44,609 bases of DNA from an uncultured Bacilli bacterium. Its GTDB lineage: Bacteria; Bacillota_I; Bacilli_A; RF39; UBA660. This document shows positions 1 to 8,655 of this stretch, piece by piece. Both the position numbers and the translations under genes were made by a program. The stretch covers positions 1 through 44,609 of the forward strand of contig CANPZJ010000001.1 of NCBI GenBank assembly GCA_947588795.1. The letters run 5' to 3'. Under the pieces are notes generated by a model that ran no database searches, had not been told where the DNA came from, and saw only the letters and a list, made by a program, of their open reading frames with translations. How positions within the stretch are numbered: the stretch's first letter is position 1; every line of letters begins with the position of its first letter.

Positions 1-1263
1 AGCAACTGCAACACTTGCTAGTCCTAAACCTAGATACATTAAAATATTATCACCAGTTTTAGGGTTTTCTTCTTCAGTTTTTTCTGTTGTTTCAGTTTTA
101 TCAGTTGTAGATTCTTGTGTTGCTACTTTCTTAAATGTTGCTTTAACAACTACGTCTTTCTCAGGCATTTTAAATGTTAATTCAGTTTGTTCTTTGCCAT
201 CAACATATAATTTGTCTAATTCATAACCTTCATCAGCTTTAACAGTAATTTTAACTACTTCATCTTTTTGAGCAGATGCTTTATCAACTGTTACTTTACC
301 ATGTTCAGCTTCAGTTGTTACAGCATAATATTTTGTAACTGTTGCACCTTCAGCATATACAACTTTATCACCAGTAACTTCAGCACCAGCTTCAATTGTA
401 ACATCACTTTTGAATGTTAATGTAGCATTATTAGCAGTTTTAATAGTTACACCAGTAGGTACAGTAACTTTTTCTTCTACTTCTGTATCATTATAAACAG
501 TAATATCTGTTGCACCAGTTTTTTCTACTTCTGCTAATGCTTGTTCAATTGTTGGATAATAATATGATCTTTCCCCATTTGATGCAGTTATAGGGAATTC
601 AATATCATATGTAACTCTTACACAAGTATAATTAACGTCTTCTCCTTCAGTAGTTCTCCATACCCAAGCTGTATCACTTTCTGGAACCGCAAAGATAAAA
701 TCTTCACCATATTTTAAATCAGTCTTCTTAGTAAGATCTTCTAATTCTTGTTTTATTGTTTTTGTGCCATCTCCAGTTGCATCAATTTTAGTCCAAACTC
801 CATCTTTGTTATATAGAATTTGTACTCCTAGTGTCCATATAGTTGTATAATCATCATGTTTATTTGTTGCATTTTGAGCATCAGCATTTGCTCTAGCTTT
901 AGCCATAGCACAAGTAAAATCACAATCAGCTGATGTATATGCATAATGGTTATCAAAAGTTTTACCACCTTTTTCAATACCTGGATCAATACTAATATAG
1001 AAAATACCTAAACTAGCTTTTCCATTTTCACTATCAGCATCTTGATAACCAGGACTTTCAGCTAAAATTGTATCAATTGTATCTTGATCAACTCGAACTG
1101 TTACTTTAACAGTTTTGTAATTTGCTCCTTCTGCACTAGGTGTTTCTTGAACTGTTAATCCAGTCAAACCACCATTACCTAATACTAACCCTTCAGCATG
1201 TACACCAACTACTGCTACAAACATAGCAATTATTGATGTTAAAAATAATTTTAATTTTTTCAT
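1..1263 (-). CDS. Secreted, sortase-anchored surface protein, paralog 1 of 3 (3' end cut by window edge)
   Basis: Absent from the ORF track because no stop lies inside the window. My own translation is open from the ATG at 1261-1263 down to base 1. N-terminus is MKKLKLFLTSIIAMFVAVVGVHAEG, the same signal peptide as the two neighbours. The last residues are ...TEKTEEENPKTGDNILMYLGLGLASVAVA, an NPKTG motif plus hydrophobic anchor. Confidence 0.85.
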   Translation of the reverse strand, partial: MKKLKLFLTSIIAMFVAVVGVHAEGLVLGNGGLTGLTVQETPSAEGANYKTVKVTVRVDQDTIDTILAESPGYQDADSENGKASLGIFYISIDPGIEKGGKTFDNHYAYTSADCDFTCAMAKARANADAQNATNKHDDYTTIWTLGVQILYNKDGVWTKIDATGDGTKTIKQELEDLTKKTDLKYGEDFIFAVPESDTAWVWRTTEGEDVNYTCVRVTYDIEFPITASNGERSYYYPTIEQALAEVEKTGATDITVYNDTEVEEKVTVPTGVTIKTANNATLTFKSDVTIEAGAEVTGDKVVYAEGATVTKYYAVTTEAEHGKVTVDKASAQKDEVVKITVKADEGYELDKLYVDGKEQTELTFKMPEKDVVVKATFKKVATQESTTDKTETTEKTEEENPKTGDNILMYLGLGLASVAVA

Positions 1264-1322
1264 AATATCCTCTTCCTTTCTTTAAAACTATTTTGTTTTC
1301 AGTTTTCTCCTTTCCTACCATA

Positions 1323-1353
1323 AGTATACCCCCCCCCGAAATTGCAAAGTCAA
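1323..1353 (-). promoter_or_regulatory. Sigma-70-like promoter with a G9 tract in the spacer (paralog 1)
   Basis: Minus strand reads TTGACT(1348-1353)-TTGCAATTTC-G9(1329-1337)-TATACT(1323-1328), a 19-nt spacer. It lies about 60 nt upstream of the ATG at 1263. The downstream leader is nearly identical to copy 2. Confidence 0.6.
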
Positions 1354-1386
1354 CCACAATTTTTAGTTTAACAATTTTCTTGACAC

Positions 1387-1424
1387 AAAAAAACATATTA
1401 CTTTCTTTAAAGCAATATGTTTTT
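1387..1424 (-). terminator. Intrinsic terminator after paralog 2
   Basis: AAAAACATATT (1389-1399) pairs with AATATGTTTTT (1414-1424), with A/T runs on both sides. It lies just 3' of the stop at 1447. The same element recurs at 3141-3176. Confidence 0.5.
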
Positions 1425-1446
1425 ACATTTAATTTAACTTTTCAAA

Positions 1447-3018
1447 TTAATTAGTTTTTCTTAATTTTTTAACACTTAATGTAGCTACTGCAACACTGGC
1501 AAGTCCTAAACCTAGATACATTAAAATGTTATCACCAGTTTTTGGATTTTCTTCTGTTTTTTCTGTAGTTTCAGTTTTTTCAGTTGTTTCAGTTTTATCT
1601 GTTTCTACTGGGGTTTCTGATTTTTTAAATTCTACAGTTATTGTTACATCACTTGCTGGCATTTTAAACTTAACTCCACTATCAGCACTTGTAAATGTTA
1701 CTGGCTTACCATCTTTATCAGTAATAGTAACTGAATTAATTACATAACCTTTATCAGCTGTAATTTTTACAACTACTTCTTCATCTTCAGCAGCATCATT
1801 ATTTGCTTCTACTTTACCATTTTTAGGATCAGTAATTTTAATTTTATGTACTGTTCCTACTACACCACTTTCAGAAATACCTAAATTATTAGTATAAGCT
1901 AATACATCTTCAGCAGCTTCACCATTATTAGTAAATACTACACCTGCTTCAATAAATGGTTTTTCTTCATATTTTGTATTAAATGCTTCTGATACGCTTA
2001 ATGCATTTCCATCTTCAGAATTAGCAACAAATGTACCATCAGTTATTTTTATATCAACTACATTAGTTTCATCAGCGCCTGTAGCTAAATATTCATTAAA
2101 TACATAACCATTATCACTGGTATATTCTCCACCATTAATATTTACTTTAACATTTCCAGCATAACTGTTATTTGATTCTACTTGAATAGCTGCGCCTGTT
2201 GTTGTATATCCACCAACATTTCCTTCAGTAGTTTTTGCTTCTCCAGTTGCATGAACTTTTGCATTATTTAATGTTAGTGTACCAGCTTTAACAATAATGC
2301 CTGATTTACCTTCAATATATGCACCATTAATAGTAATATCTGAATCACCAGCTTGATATATAGCAGCACCTGTAGCTGTTAATTTTGCTGTTGACTCAAT
2401 AGTTATTTTTGGAGCTACAAAGCCTGGAATTGCACCACCAGTAGTTTTGCCAACATCACCAAGTATAGTTAATGCTCCACCAACTTTTTGAACTCCATTT
2501 GATTCATAAGAAACACCTTCTAAAGTTCCTTTAACTATAATTTGAGTATTAGTAACTTTTACAAGATTAGTAGATTGTTGACCAAAAACTCCAATGGCAT
2601 AACCACCTTTTACAGTGACATCTTTATCAATTTCAAGTTTAGTTGCAGAACCTTGATAATCTATAACTTGAATAGCTGAACTGCTACTATTTACACTAGT
2701 AATCTCAACAGTACCTTTACCAGTTAAAGTTAATATTCCGCCTTCAACAGAAAATACTGCAGAACTTGCTCTTTTGATGTTATGATTATTTAAATCAATC
2801 GTAATATTTTTATTACTATCAATTTTTAATAATGTTGTTGCAGTTACATCACTTTGTAAAATGATTGTTGATTCAGCACTAGTACTAGCATCATTAATAG
2901 CATCTTGTAAAGTAGTTCTACAATCACCATTTAATGTAGCTTCACATTCAGCATGAACACCAACTGTTGCAACTAACATAGCAATAATTGCTGTTACAAA
3001 TAATTTTAATTTTTTCAT
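1447..3018 (-). CDS. Secreted, sortase-anchored surface protein, paralog 2 (beta-helix-like passenger)
   Basis: 523 aa. Signal peptide is MKKLKLFVTAIIAMLVATVGVHA. The passenger has short G/T/N-rich beta-strand repeats (ILTLTGKGTVEI, TLNNAKVHATG). A C-terminal Ig-like module and a TETTEK stalk follow. The tail is ENPKTGDNILMYLGLGLASVAVATLSVKKLRKTN. Confidence 0.9.
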   Translation of the reverse strand: MKKLKLFVTAIIAMLVATVGVHAECEATLNGDCRTTLQDAINDASTSAESTIILQSDVTATTLLKIDSNKNITIDLNNHNIKRASSAVFSVEGGILTLTGKGTVEITSVNSSSSAIQVIDYQGSATKLEIDKDVTVKGGYAIGVFGQQSTNLVKVTNTQIIVKGTLEGVSYESNGVQKVGGALTILGDVGKTTGGAIPGFVAPKITIESTAKLTATGAAIYQAGDSDITINGAYIEGKSGIIVKAGTLTLNNAKVHATGEAKTTEGNVGGYTTTGAAIQVESNNSYAGNVKVNINGGEYTSDNGYVFNEYLATGADETNVVDIKITDGTFVANSEDGNALSVSEAFNTKYEEKPFIEAGVVFTNNGEAAEDVLAYTNNLGISESGVVGTVHKIKITDPKNGKVEANNDAAEDEEVVVKITADKGYVINSVTITDKDGKPVTFTSADSGVKFKMPASDVTITVEFKKSETPVETDKTETTEKTETTEKTEENPKTGDNILMYLGLGLASVAVATLSVKKLRKTN

Positions 3019-3077
3019 AATATCCTCTTCCTTTCTTTAAAACTATTTTGTTTTCAGTTTTCTCCTTTCCTACTATA

Positions 3078-3106
3078 AGGATACCCCCCCGAATTTATAA
3101 AGTCAA
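3078..3106 (-). promoter_or_regulatory. Sigma-70-like promoter with a G7 tract in the spacer (paralog 2)
   Basis: Minus strand reads TTGACT(3101-3106)-TTATAAATTC-G7(3084-3090)-TATCCT(3078-3083), a 17-nt spacer. Confidence 0.6.
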
Positions 3107-3140
3107 TCGCGTTTTTTCATTTATCATTTTATTTGACATC

Positions 3141-3176
3141 AAAAAACATATTACTTATATCAAGCAATATGTTTTT
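3141..3176 (-). terminator. Intrinsic terminator after paralog 3
   Basis: AAAAAACATATT (3141-3152) pairs with AATATGTTTTT (3166-3176). It lies 3' of the stop at 3199 and is homologous to 1387-1424. Confidence 0.5.
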
Positions 3177-3198
3177 CATATAATTTTAATTTTTTAAA

Positions 3199-4497
3199 TC
3201 AGTTAGATTTTCTAAGCTTTTTAACACTTAATGCAGCAACTGCAACACTTGCTAGTCCTAAACCTAGATACATTAAAATATTATCACCAGTTTTAGGGTT
3301 TTCTTCTTCAGGTTTTGTAGTTTGAGTTGTTACTGATGCTGATACTTCTTTTAATCCTTTTATAGCATCATTTAATTCTTTTACAGCTTGATCAATTTTA
3401 TCTTGTTCATCAGCTTTTAAATCTTTTTGTACTGCTTCAGCATTTTTAATAGCAGTTTCTAATGCTTTTACAGTTTCTTCTGTATATTTTGTTTTATCAA
3501 CTGCTTTAGCATCTTTTAATGCTTTTTCTAATTCACTATAATCAGCATCTTTTAATACAACATTACCATTTTCATCTACTTCATGATTATTATCAATGTA
3601 AGTTGCTATATTTGAATCTTCTGAATAATTACCACCAAGAACATTTAATTCATCTTCACCTTGGTTATAAAATAACAATTCAGCATCAAAGTCGCCACCT
3701 TTTATTGTTAATTCTGCGTTATTATCACCTTGTTTTTGGTTAGTAATTAATGAGTTATGTTCATCTTCTCCAGCAGTTTTAAATTCTCCATCTGTAATTG
3801 TCATTTCTTTAGTATTAACTAAAACTGAATAATCATAATTTTGAGTAAATGTACCACCATTAACTGTAGCACTACCATTATTTGATACTGCCCAAGATTT
3901 AGCTATTCCAGTTGAAAAATCACCATCATTTATAGTAAGTGTACCATCATTATGGATAGCAGCAGCTCCTTCTTTTAATGATTTAAATGTACCACCATTT
4001 ACTATCATTTCACCATAATTATAAATTGTAGATAATCCATTATCTGCTTCTGCATTTATTAAATATTCACCAGCTTCAATAGTTAATTTACCATTATTTA
4101 CAATAGTTGACATTCTGTTAGTATCATCTGCTAAAGTAACTTTACCAGCATGATTACTAGATGTATCAATAATTGTTAATTCAGCATCTTCCGCAATATC
4201 AATTGCAACTTCATAATTATTAAGTCCGCAATGATCAGCTTGTCCATCACACCAGTTAGTTAAAGTGTTACCATTTAAGTCTAAAACAACTTTTTCGCCG
4301 GCTTTTACTTGTAGTCCAGCATTTGAATCATGAGTTAATTTTATTGTAACTACATCATTATCACTTGTTACTATAGATTCCCAATCACGTTCATGCCAGT
4401 CAGAAGCATCACCACCAGTAATTCCAGCAGCATGAACACCAACTACTGCTACGAACATAGCAATTATCGATGTTAAAAACAATTTTAATTTTTTCAT
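3199..4497 (-). CDS. Secreted, sortase-anchored surface protein, paralog 3 (beta-helix-like passenger plus helical FIVAR-like segment)
   Basis: 432 aa. Signal peptide is MKKLKLFLTSIIAMFVAVVGVHA. A helical segment reads YSELEKALKDAKAVDKTKYTEETVKALETAIKNAEAV. The tail is EENPKTGDNILMYLGLGLASVAVAALSVKKLRKSN. Confidence 0.9.
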   Translation of the reverse strand: MKKLKLFLTSIIAMFVAVVGVHAAGITGGDASDWHERDWESIVTSDNDVVTIKLTHDSNAGLQVKAGEKVVLDLNGNTLTNWCDGQADHCGLNNYEVAIDIAEDAELTIIDTSSNHAGKVTLADDTNRMSTIVNNGKLTIEAGEYLINAEADNGLSTIYNYGEMIVNGGTFKSLKEGAAAIHNDGTLTINDGDFSTGIAKSWAVSNNGSATVNGGTFTQNYDYSVLVNTKEMTITDGEFKTAGEDEHNSLITNQKQGDNNAELTIKGGDFDAELLFYNQGEDELNVLGGNYSEDSNIATYIDNNHEVDENGNVVLKDADYSELEKALKDAKAVDKTKYTEETVKALETAIKNAEAVQKDLKADEQDKIDQAVKELNDAIKGLKEVSASVTTQTTKPEEENPKTGDNILMYLGLGLASVAVAALSVKKLRKSN

Positions 4498-4562
4498 AAT
4501 ATCCTCTTCCTTTCTTTAAAATCGTTTGTTTAATTTGTAAACGTTTTTCCTTTCTTATTATA

Positions 4563-4592
4563 AGTATACCCCCCCCGAATTTATAAAGTCAA
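4563..4592 (-). promoter_or_regulatory. Sigma-70-like promoter with a G8 tract in the spacer (paralog 3)
   Basis: Minus strand reads TTGACT(4587-4592)-TTATAAATTC-G8(4569-4576)-TATACT(4563-4568), an 18-nt spacer. TATAAT follows immediately. Confidence 0.6.
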
Positions 4593-4624
4593 TATGATTT
4601 TTTATCTCTGTTAATAATTGACAC

Positions 4625-4777
4625 TTATTTTATTTTTTTATCTTTCATCATTTTATTTATTACTAAAACAATGACTACGATACTTATTATTCCTAGTCCA
4701 ACAAAAAGATAGATACTATCTAAAGTATTAGGATTTTCAATTATTACTTGTTTAGCAAGTTCTAATAAATTTGTCAT
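4625..4777 (-). CDS. 50-aa ORF consisting almost only of a degenerate sorting-signal-like tail (possible relic)
   Basis: There is an internal ATG at 4775-4777 with GAAGGGAAG upstream. The product MTNLLELAKQVIIENPNTLDSIYLFVGLGIISIVVIVLVINKMMKDKKIK aligns with the ENPKTGDNILMYLGLGLASVAVA..KK tails of the neighbours. It has no signal peptide and no passenger. Confidence 0.3.
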   Translation of the reverse strand: MTNLLELAKQVIIENPNTLDSIYLFVGLGIISIVVIVLVINKMMKDKKIK

Positions 4778-4812
4778 TTTATTCTTCCCTTCTATTATCA
4801 AAATTAGTTTGC

Positions 4813-4851
4813 ACAAAAAAACATATTATTATACAAATTCAATAATATGTT
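4813..4851 (-). terminator. Intrinsic terminator ending the mraZ-PBP operon
   Basis: AACATATTATT (4820-4830) pairs with AATAATATGTT (4841-4851) across a 10-nt loop. A T7 run follows on the minus strand (A run 4815-4821). Confidence 0.6.
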
Positions 4852-6953
4852 TATTTACTTAATGTTACTTCTAATACTTGATCATTACTAATAGTTGTTC
4901 CTACTGGTATACTTTGTGTAGTTACATAACCATAACCATTTGTTTTAACATCTATACCAAGAAGATTTGCATAAGTCATAATTTCACTTAAACTCCAGCC
5001 AGTTAAATCTTCCATTACATAATCATGTTTATTACTTACTAAAAATACTTTACTACCTTCTAAGGCTTCGCCACCTTTTAATGGGTATTGATTAATAACA
5101 TAACTACCTGTTCCAAGTTTATATACTTTTAATTTTTTATTTTGTAAATCTTCTACTGTAGTATTCATATCTTTACTAATATAATTATCTAGTTTAATTA
5201 CTTTAGTATTTATTTCTTGAGAAGAATTTTCTATACCTAAATTAGATACGATATCATCGACTGCTTTCGTAAGTTGTTCGGCGATTGGTCTTGCACTAGA
5301 TGATGATAATTGTTTAGCAGCCACATAAACAATATATTTTGGATCTTCTTCTGGAAATATTCCCGCAAAAGAACGAACATAATCATAACTACCTTTTAAG
5401 TATCCACCATTTGGTGATGCTATTTGGGCAGTTCCTGTTTTACCCATCATATTTGTAAGCGTTGGCCGATACATTTTATTACTTTCTAGTCCTTCATAAA
5501 CAACATTATGCATTAATTTTTGCATATAATCAGTTGTTTCTTTACTAAATACTTTAGCAACTTCTGTTCTTTTACCATCATAGATAATTTCGCCATCATC
5601 ACCAACTATTTTATCAACAACATAAGGTTTTAAAACAGTACCATCATTAGTAATTGAAGATAGCGCTTGTAACATTTGAATTGGCGTAACTGTAATACCT
5701 TGACCAAAGGCTGCAGTTGCGAGGTCTGTTTTATATTTAATATTTACTTTACCAGATACTTCATTAGCAAGTTCTATCCCTGTTTTTTTACTAAATCCTA
5801 ATTTTTTATAATAATCAGTTAAAGTAGCACTACCAACAGACTCACCAATATAAGTAGCGCCAACATTAGATGAATATGCAAAACCAGTATCAAAGTTAAT
5901 TTCGCCAAAACCATAATCGTTAAAGTCGCAAATTTTCGCATCTGCTATTTCACGACAACCTGATTTAAAAGTTTTAGTGCCATCATATTTACCTTCATTT
6001 ATACTTGTTGCCCACGAAAATATTTTCATAACACTACCAGGTTCATATTCGTAAGACACAAGTGGATTAGTATAAATCTCCAAAGTGCTTAAATCATTTG
6101 GATTAAAATTAGGATAAGTAGAACTTGCTACAATAGCACCAGTTTTCGCATCCATTACCGAAAACACCATAAAGTCCATATCATATTCTGCCGCTAAATT
6201 ACGTGTTAGAGTTTCGGCAAACCATTGAATACGATTATCAATAGTAAGATAGATTCCTGCCCCATCAACCGCATCTTCAGTTATTACTTCCGCACTGGGA
6301 AGAGTATAGCCATAAGCATCAGTTTGATAAGTAGTTTTACCATCTGTACCAGATAGTTCTTTATCATAATAAGATTCAATGCCAAGTTCTCCTACAATAT
6401 CGCCATCTTCTTGCGTTTTAGCATAGCCTACAATGTATGAGGCAAATTGTCCCATATTATAATGTCTTTTTTGGCCTTGAATAAAATCTATTCCTGGCAT
6501 ATTTAATTTTTCTATTTCATTTTTTTTAGCCTCAGATATGCCACTACCCTTACTACCAAATTCAGTTTGATAAATACCTTCCTTACTTAAAAGTTTAACT
6601 GCTTTATCATAATCTATCCCAAGTTCTTCATTAAGCATTTTAGCAGTACCTTCAATATCTACGACGTGTTGAGGTTTCTTTGGATCAGTAGTTCTACTAG
6701 GCTCTAAGTAAGCAATAATTTTATAAGAATTAACTGTTGATGCTAACATATTACCTCTACTATCATAAATATTACCTCTTTTAGCATAGATAACATTACT
6801 TTTAGTATTTCTGTTGCTAGCAAATTCATGTAAGTTAATTCCATCAATATTATTACTTAATGCAATAAAAGATAATCTTCCAATAATGGCTACAAATAAA
6901 AAAGCCACAATAAAAATTAATATCCTTGGTATTTTTACTGTAACTTTTCTCAT
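4851..6953 (-). CDS. pbpB: Class B penicillin-binding protein (FtsI/PBP2B/SpoVD family) with two C-terminal PASTA domains
   Basis: 700 aa with an N-terminal TM. Transpeptidase motifs SVMK, SSN and KTGTA are present. There are two PASTA-like repeats at the C-terminus. It lies downstream of ftsL in the dcw cluster. Confidence 0.95.
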   Translation of the reverse strand: MRKVTVKIPRILIFIVAFLFVAIIGRLSFIALSNNIDGINLHEFASNRNTKSNVIYAKRGNIYDSRGNMLASTVNSYKIIAYLEPSRTTDPKKPQHVVDIEGTAKMLNEELGIDYDKAVKLLSKEGIYQTEFGSKGSGISEAKKNEIEKLNMPGIDFIQGQKRHYNMGQFASYIVGYAKTQEDGDIVGELGIESYYDKELSGTDGKTTYQTDAYGYTLPSAEVITEDAVDGAGIYLTIDNRIQWFAETLTRNLAAEYDMDFMVFSVMDAKTGAIVASSTYPNFNPNDLSTLEIYTNPLVSYEYEPGSVMKIFSWATSINEGKYDGTKTFKSGCREIADAKICDFNDYGFGEINFDTGFAYSSNVGATYIGESVGSATLTDYYKKLGFSKKTGIELANEVSGKVNIKYKTDLATAAFGQGITVTPIQMLQALSSITNDGTVLKPYVVDKIVGDDGEIIYDGKRTEVAKVFSKETTDYMQKLMHNVVYEGLESNKMYRPTLTNMMGKTGTAQIASPNGGYLKGSYDYVRSFAGIFPEEDPKYIVYVAAKQLSSSSARPIAEQLTKAVDDIVSNLGIENSSQEINTKVIKLDNYISKDMNTTVEDLQNKKLKVYKLGTGSYVINQYPLKGGEALEGSKVFLVSNKHDYVMEDLTGWSLSEIMTYANLLGIDVKTNGYGYVTTQSIPVGTTISNDQVLEVTLSK

Positions 6954-6957
6954 AATC

Positions 6958-7293
6958 TTACTCTCCTAATTCTTCTGTATCATTTATTTCACTATTTTGT
7001 CCATCTACTTTTACTATATTACCACTTATATATGAAAGTCCATACTCATCGGCTATTTTTTGGATATTTTCCATACTAACTAGTTCATTTATTTGCATTT
7101 CTAAACTTTCATTAATATCTTCTTGTTTTTCTATTTTACTTTTAATCTTTTCGTTTTTAATATTAGTTTCACTTAATAATGCTTTCGAAAAAACATTAAC
7201 AGTAGGTATTGCTAAAAGAAGTAATAAAAGTATTACATACATGAATTTTTCTCCCTTTAAAAATTTTAATCTTGTTTTCTTTCTTCTTTGCAT
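6958..7293 (-). CDS. ftsL: Cell division protein FtsL-like (bitopic, coiled coil)
   Basis: 111 aa with a basic N-terminus, one TM (YVILLLLLLAIPTV) and a coiled coil. The canonical position between rsmH and the PBP supports the call. Confidence 0.7.
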   Translation of the reverse strand: MQRRKKTRLKFLKGEKFMYVILLLLLLAIPTVNVFSKALLSETNIKNEKIKSKIEKQEDINESLEMQINELVSMENIQKIADEYGLSYISGNIVKVDGQNSEINDTEELGE

Positions 7294-7295
7294 TA

Positions 7296-8222
7296 TTAAA
7301 TCCTTTCTACTATTCTAAGTTTAGCACTATGGCTTCTACTATTTATTTTTAACTCATCTTCACTAGGTAAGATAGGTTTTTTATTAATTATTTTAATTTT
7401 TGGTTTATACTCATCTGGTATATCAGGTAATCCTTTAAATATTTCATTAACTTCACTATACTTTTTAAAAGTATTTTTGACAATGCGATCTTCTAAGGAA
7501 TGAAAAGTAATGACTGAAAGTCTACCACCACTCTTTAGTAAATCAATGGCATCTGGTAAAACACTTTCTAATACTGATAGTTCATTATTAACGGCAATTC
7601 TTAATGCCTGAAATATTTTTCTTTCGGGATGAGTTTTATAAAAGTAATTAGCACCAGTAGCACTTTTAATTATATCGACTAATTCTAAAGTTGTCATTAT
7701 TTTTTTTGATTTTCTCACGTTCACTATTTTCTTCGCTATTACTTTTCCTAATTTCTCTTCCCCATACTCATAAAAGTATTTCGTTAACTCTTCTTCTGAT
7801 GCATTATTTACTAAATCACTAGCATTAAACTCCTCATCTTGATTCATTCGCATATCTAAAGGTGCATCTTTCATAAAGGAAAATCCTCTTTTTTCATCAT
7901 CTATTTGGGGTGATGAAAAACCTAAATCAAAGATAATACCATCAACTTTGTCTATCCCTAAATCTTCTAAAGATTTCTTCATATCAACAAAGTTTATCGG
8001 TAATATTTGGTAATTACTACCAATTTTTTTTAGTTCTACTTCAGCATCTTCACGAGCATCTCTATCTTGATCAATACCAATAAGCATTCCATCTTTATCT
8101 AATGCTTCAAGTATTTTCTTACTCATACCAGCATAACCTAAAGTAGCATCAACATAAATACCTTTCGGATTTATATTTAATGAATCAATTATTTCATTTA
8201 AGAGAACACTATAATGCTTCAC
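7296..8222 (-). CDS. rsmH: 16S rRNA (cytosine1402-N4)-methyltransferase RsmH
   Basis: Motifs are HYSVLLNE, DATLGYAGMS and FDLGFSSPQIDD. The track starts at a TTG at 8249. I prefer the GTG at 8220-8222 (VKHYSVLL) because GAGG lies 6 nt upstream. Confidence 0.9.
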   Translation of the reverse strand: MKHYSVLLNEIIDSLNINPKGIYVDATLGYAGMSKKILEALDKDGMLIGIDQDRDAREDAEVELKKIGSNYQILPINFVDMKKSLEDLGIDKVDGIIFDLGFSSPQIDDEKRGFSFMKDAPLDMRMNQDEEFNASDLVNNASEEELTKYFYEYGEEKLGKVIAKKIVNVRKSKKIMTTLELVDIIKSATGANYFYKTHPERKIFQALRIAVNNELSVLESVLPDAIDLLKSGGRLSVITFHSLEDRIVKNTFKKYSEVNEIFKGLPDIPDEYKPKIKIINKKPILPSEDELKINSRSHSAKLRIVERI

Positions 8223-8646
8223 TAGATACCTCAAATAAATTTTCGGCAATTTCTTCTAATTTAGAAGAGTTATCATCCATAAATGATTCAAATAAATCCT
8301 TATCCCATATTTCAATACGGTCATTTACGCCAATCACTACACATTCTTTCGTAAGATTGGCGTAACTAACCAATGGGGAGGTAATATTGATTCGACCCAT
8401 TTTGTCGAATTCGCATACAGAGGCACCGGCAAAAAATGATCTCATAAATGTTCGTGCATCTTTTTTGGTAAAAGGTAATTCATTTAATTTATTAACTACT
8501 TTTTCCCAATCTTCCATCGTATATAGATAAAGGCATTTTTCAAGTCCCCTAGTAACTACAATCTTTGTTCTGTCTTCTCTAAATTTACCAGGTAAAACAA
8601 TTCTGCCCTTTTCATCGATGTTGTGATGATATTCTCCCATGAACAT
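8209..8646 (-). CDS. mraZ: Transcriptional regulator MraZ
   Basis: 145 aa with GEYHHNIDEKGRIVLPGKFRE and a second SpoVT/AbrB-like half (FDKMGRINI). It is the first gene of the dcw cluster. Confidence 0.95.
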   Translation of the reverse strand: MFMGEYHHNIDEKGRIVLPGKFREDRTKIVVTRGLEKCLYLYTMEDWEKVVNKLNELPFTKKDARTFMRSFFAGASVCEFDKMGRINITSPLVSYANLTKECVVIGVNDRIEIWDKDLFESFMDDNSSKLEEIAENLFEVSSEAL

Positions 8647-8655
8647 TTATATCAC

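Noticed and set aside
1193-1396. 67-aa minus-strand ORF from the track, spanning the 5' end of paralog 1 and its promoter.
   Set aside because: It overlaps the better-supported CDS start (1263), the conserved leader and the C9 tract (read as GGG). It has no SD. The equivalent regions of copies 2 and 3 have no such ORF.
1555-1615. Repetitive DNA (ACTGAAAAAAC/TGAAAC units) near the 3' end of paralog 2 as a regulatory microsatellite.
   Set aside because: It is in frame and encodes the TETTEKTETTEKTEE stalk immediately before the NPKTG motif. It is a coding low-complexity linker rather than a regulatory repeat.
1264-4624. The regularly spaced ~180-bp repeated intergenic units as a CRISPR-like or other repeat-spacer array.
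   Set aside because: The units are separated by 1.3-1.6 kb protein-coding genes. They contain promoter, leader and terminator modules. They have no short palindromic repeat/spacer periodicity, and no cas genes are present.
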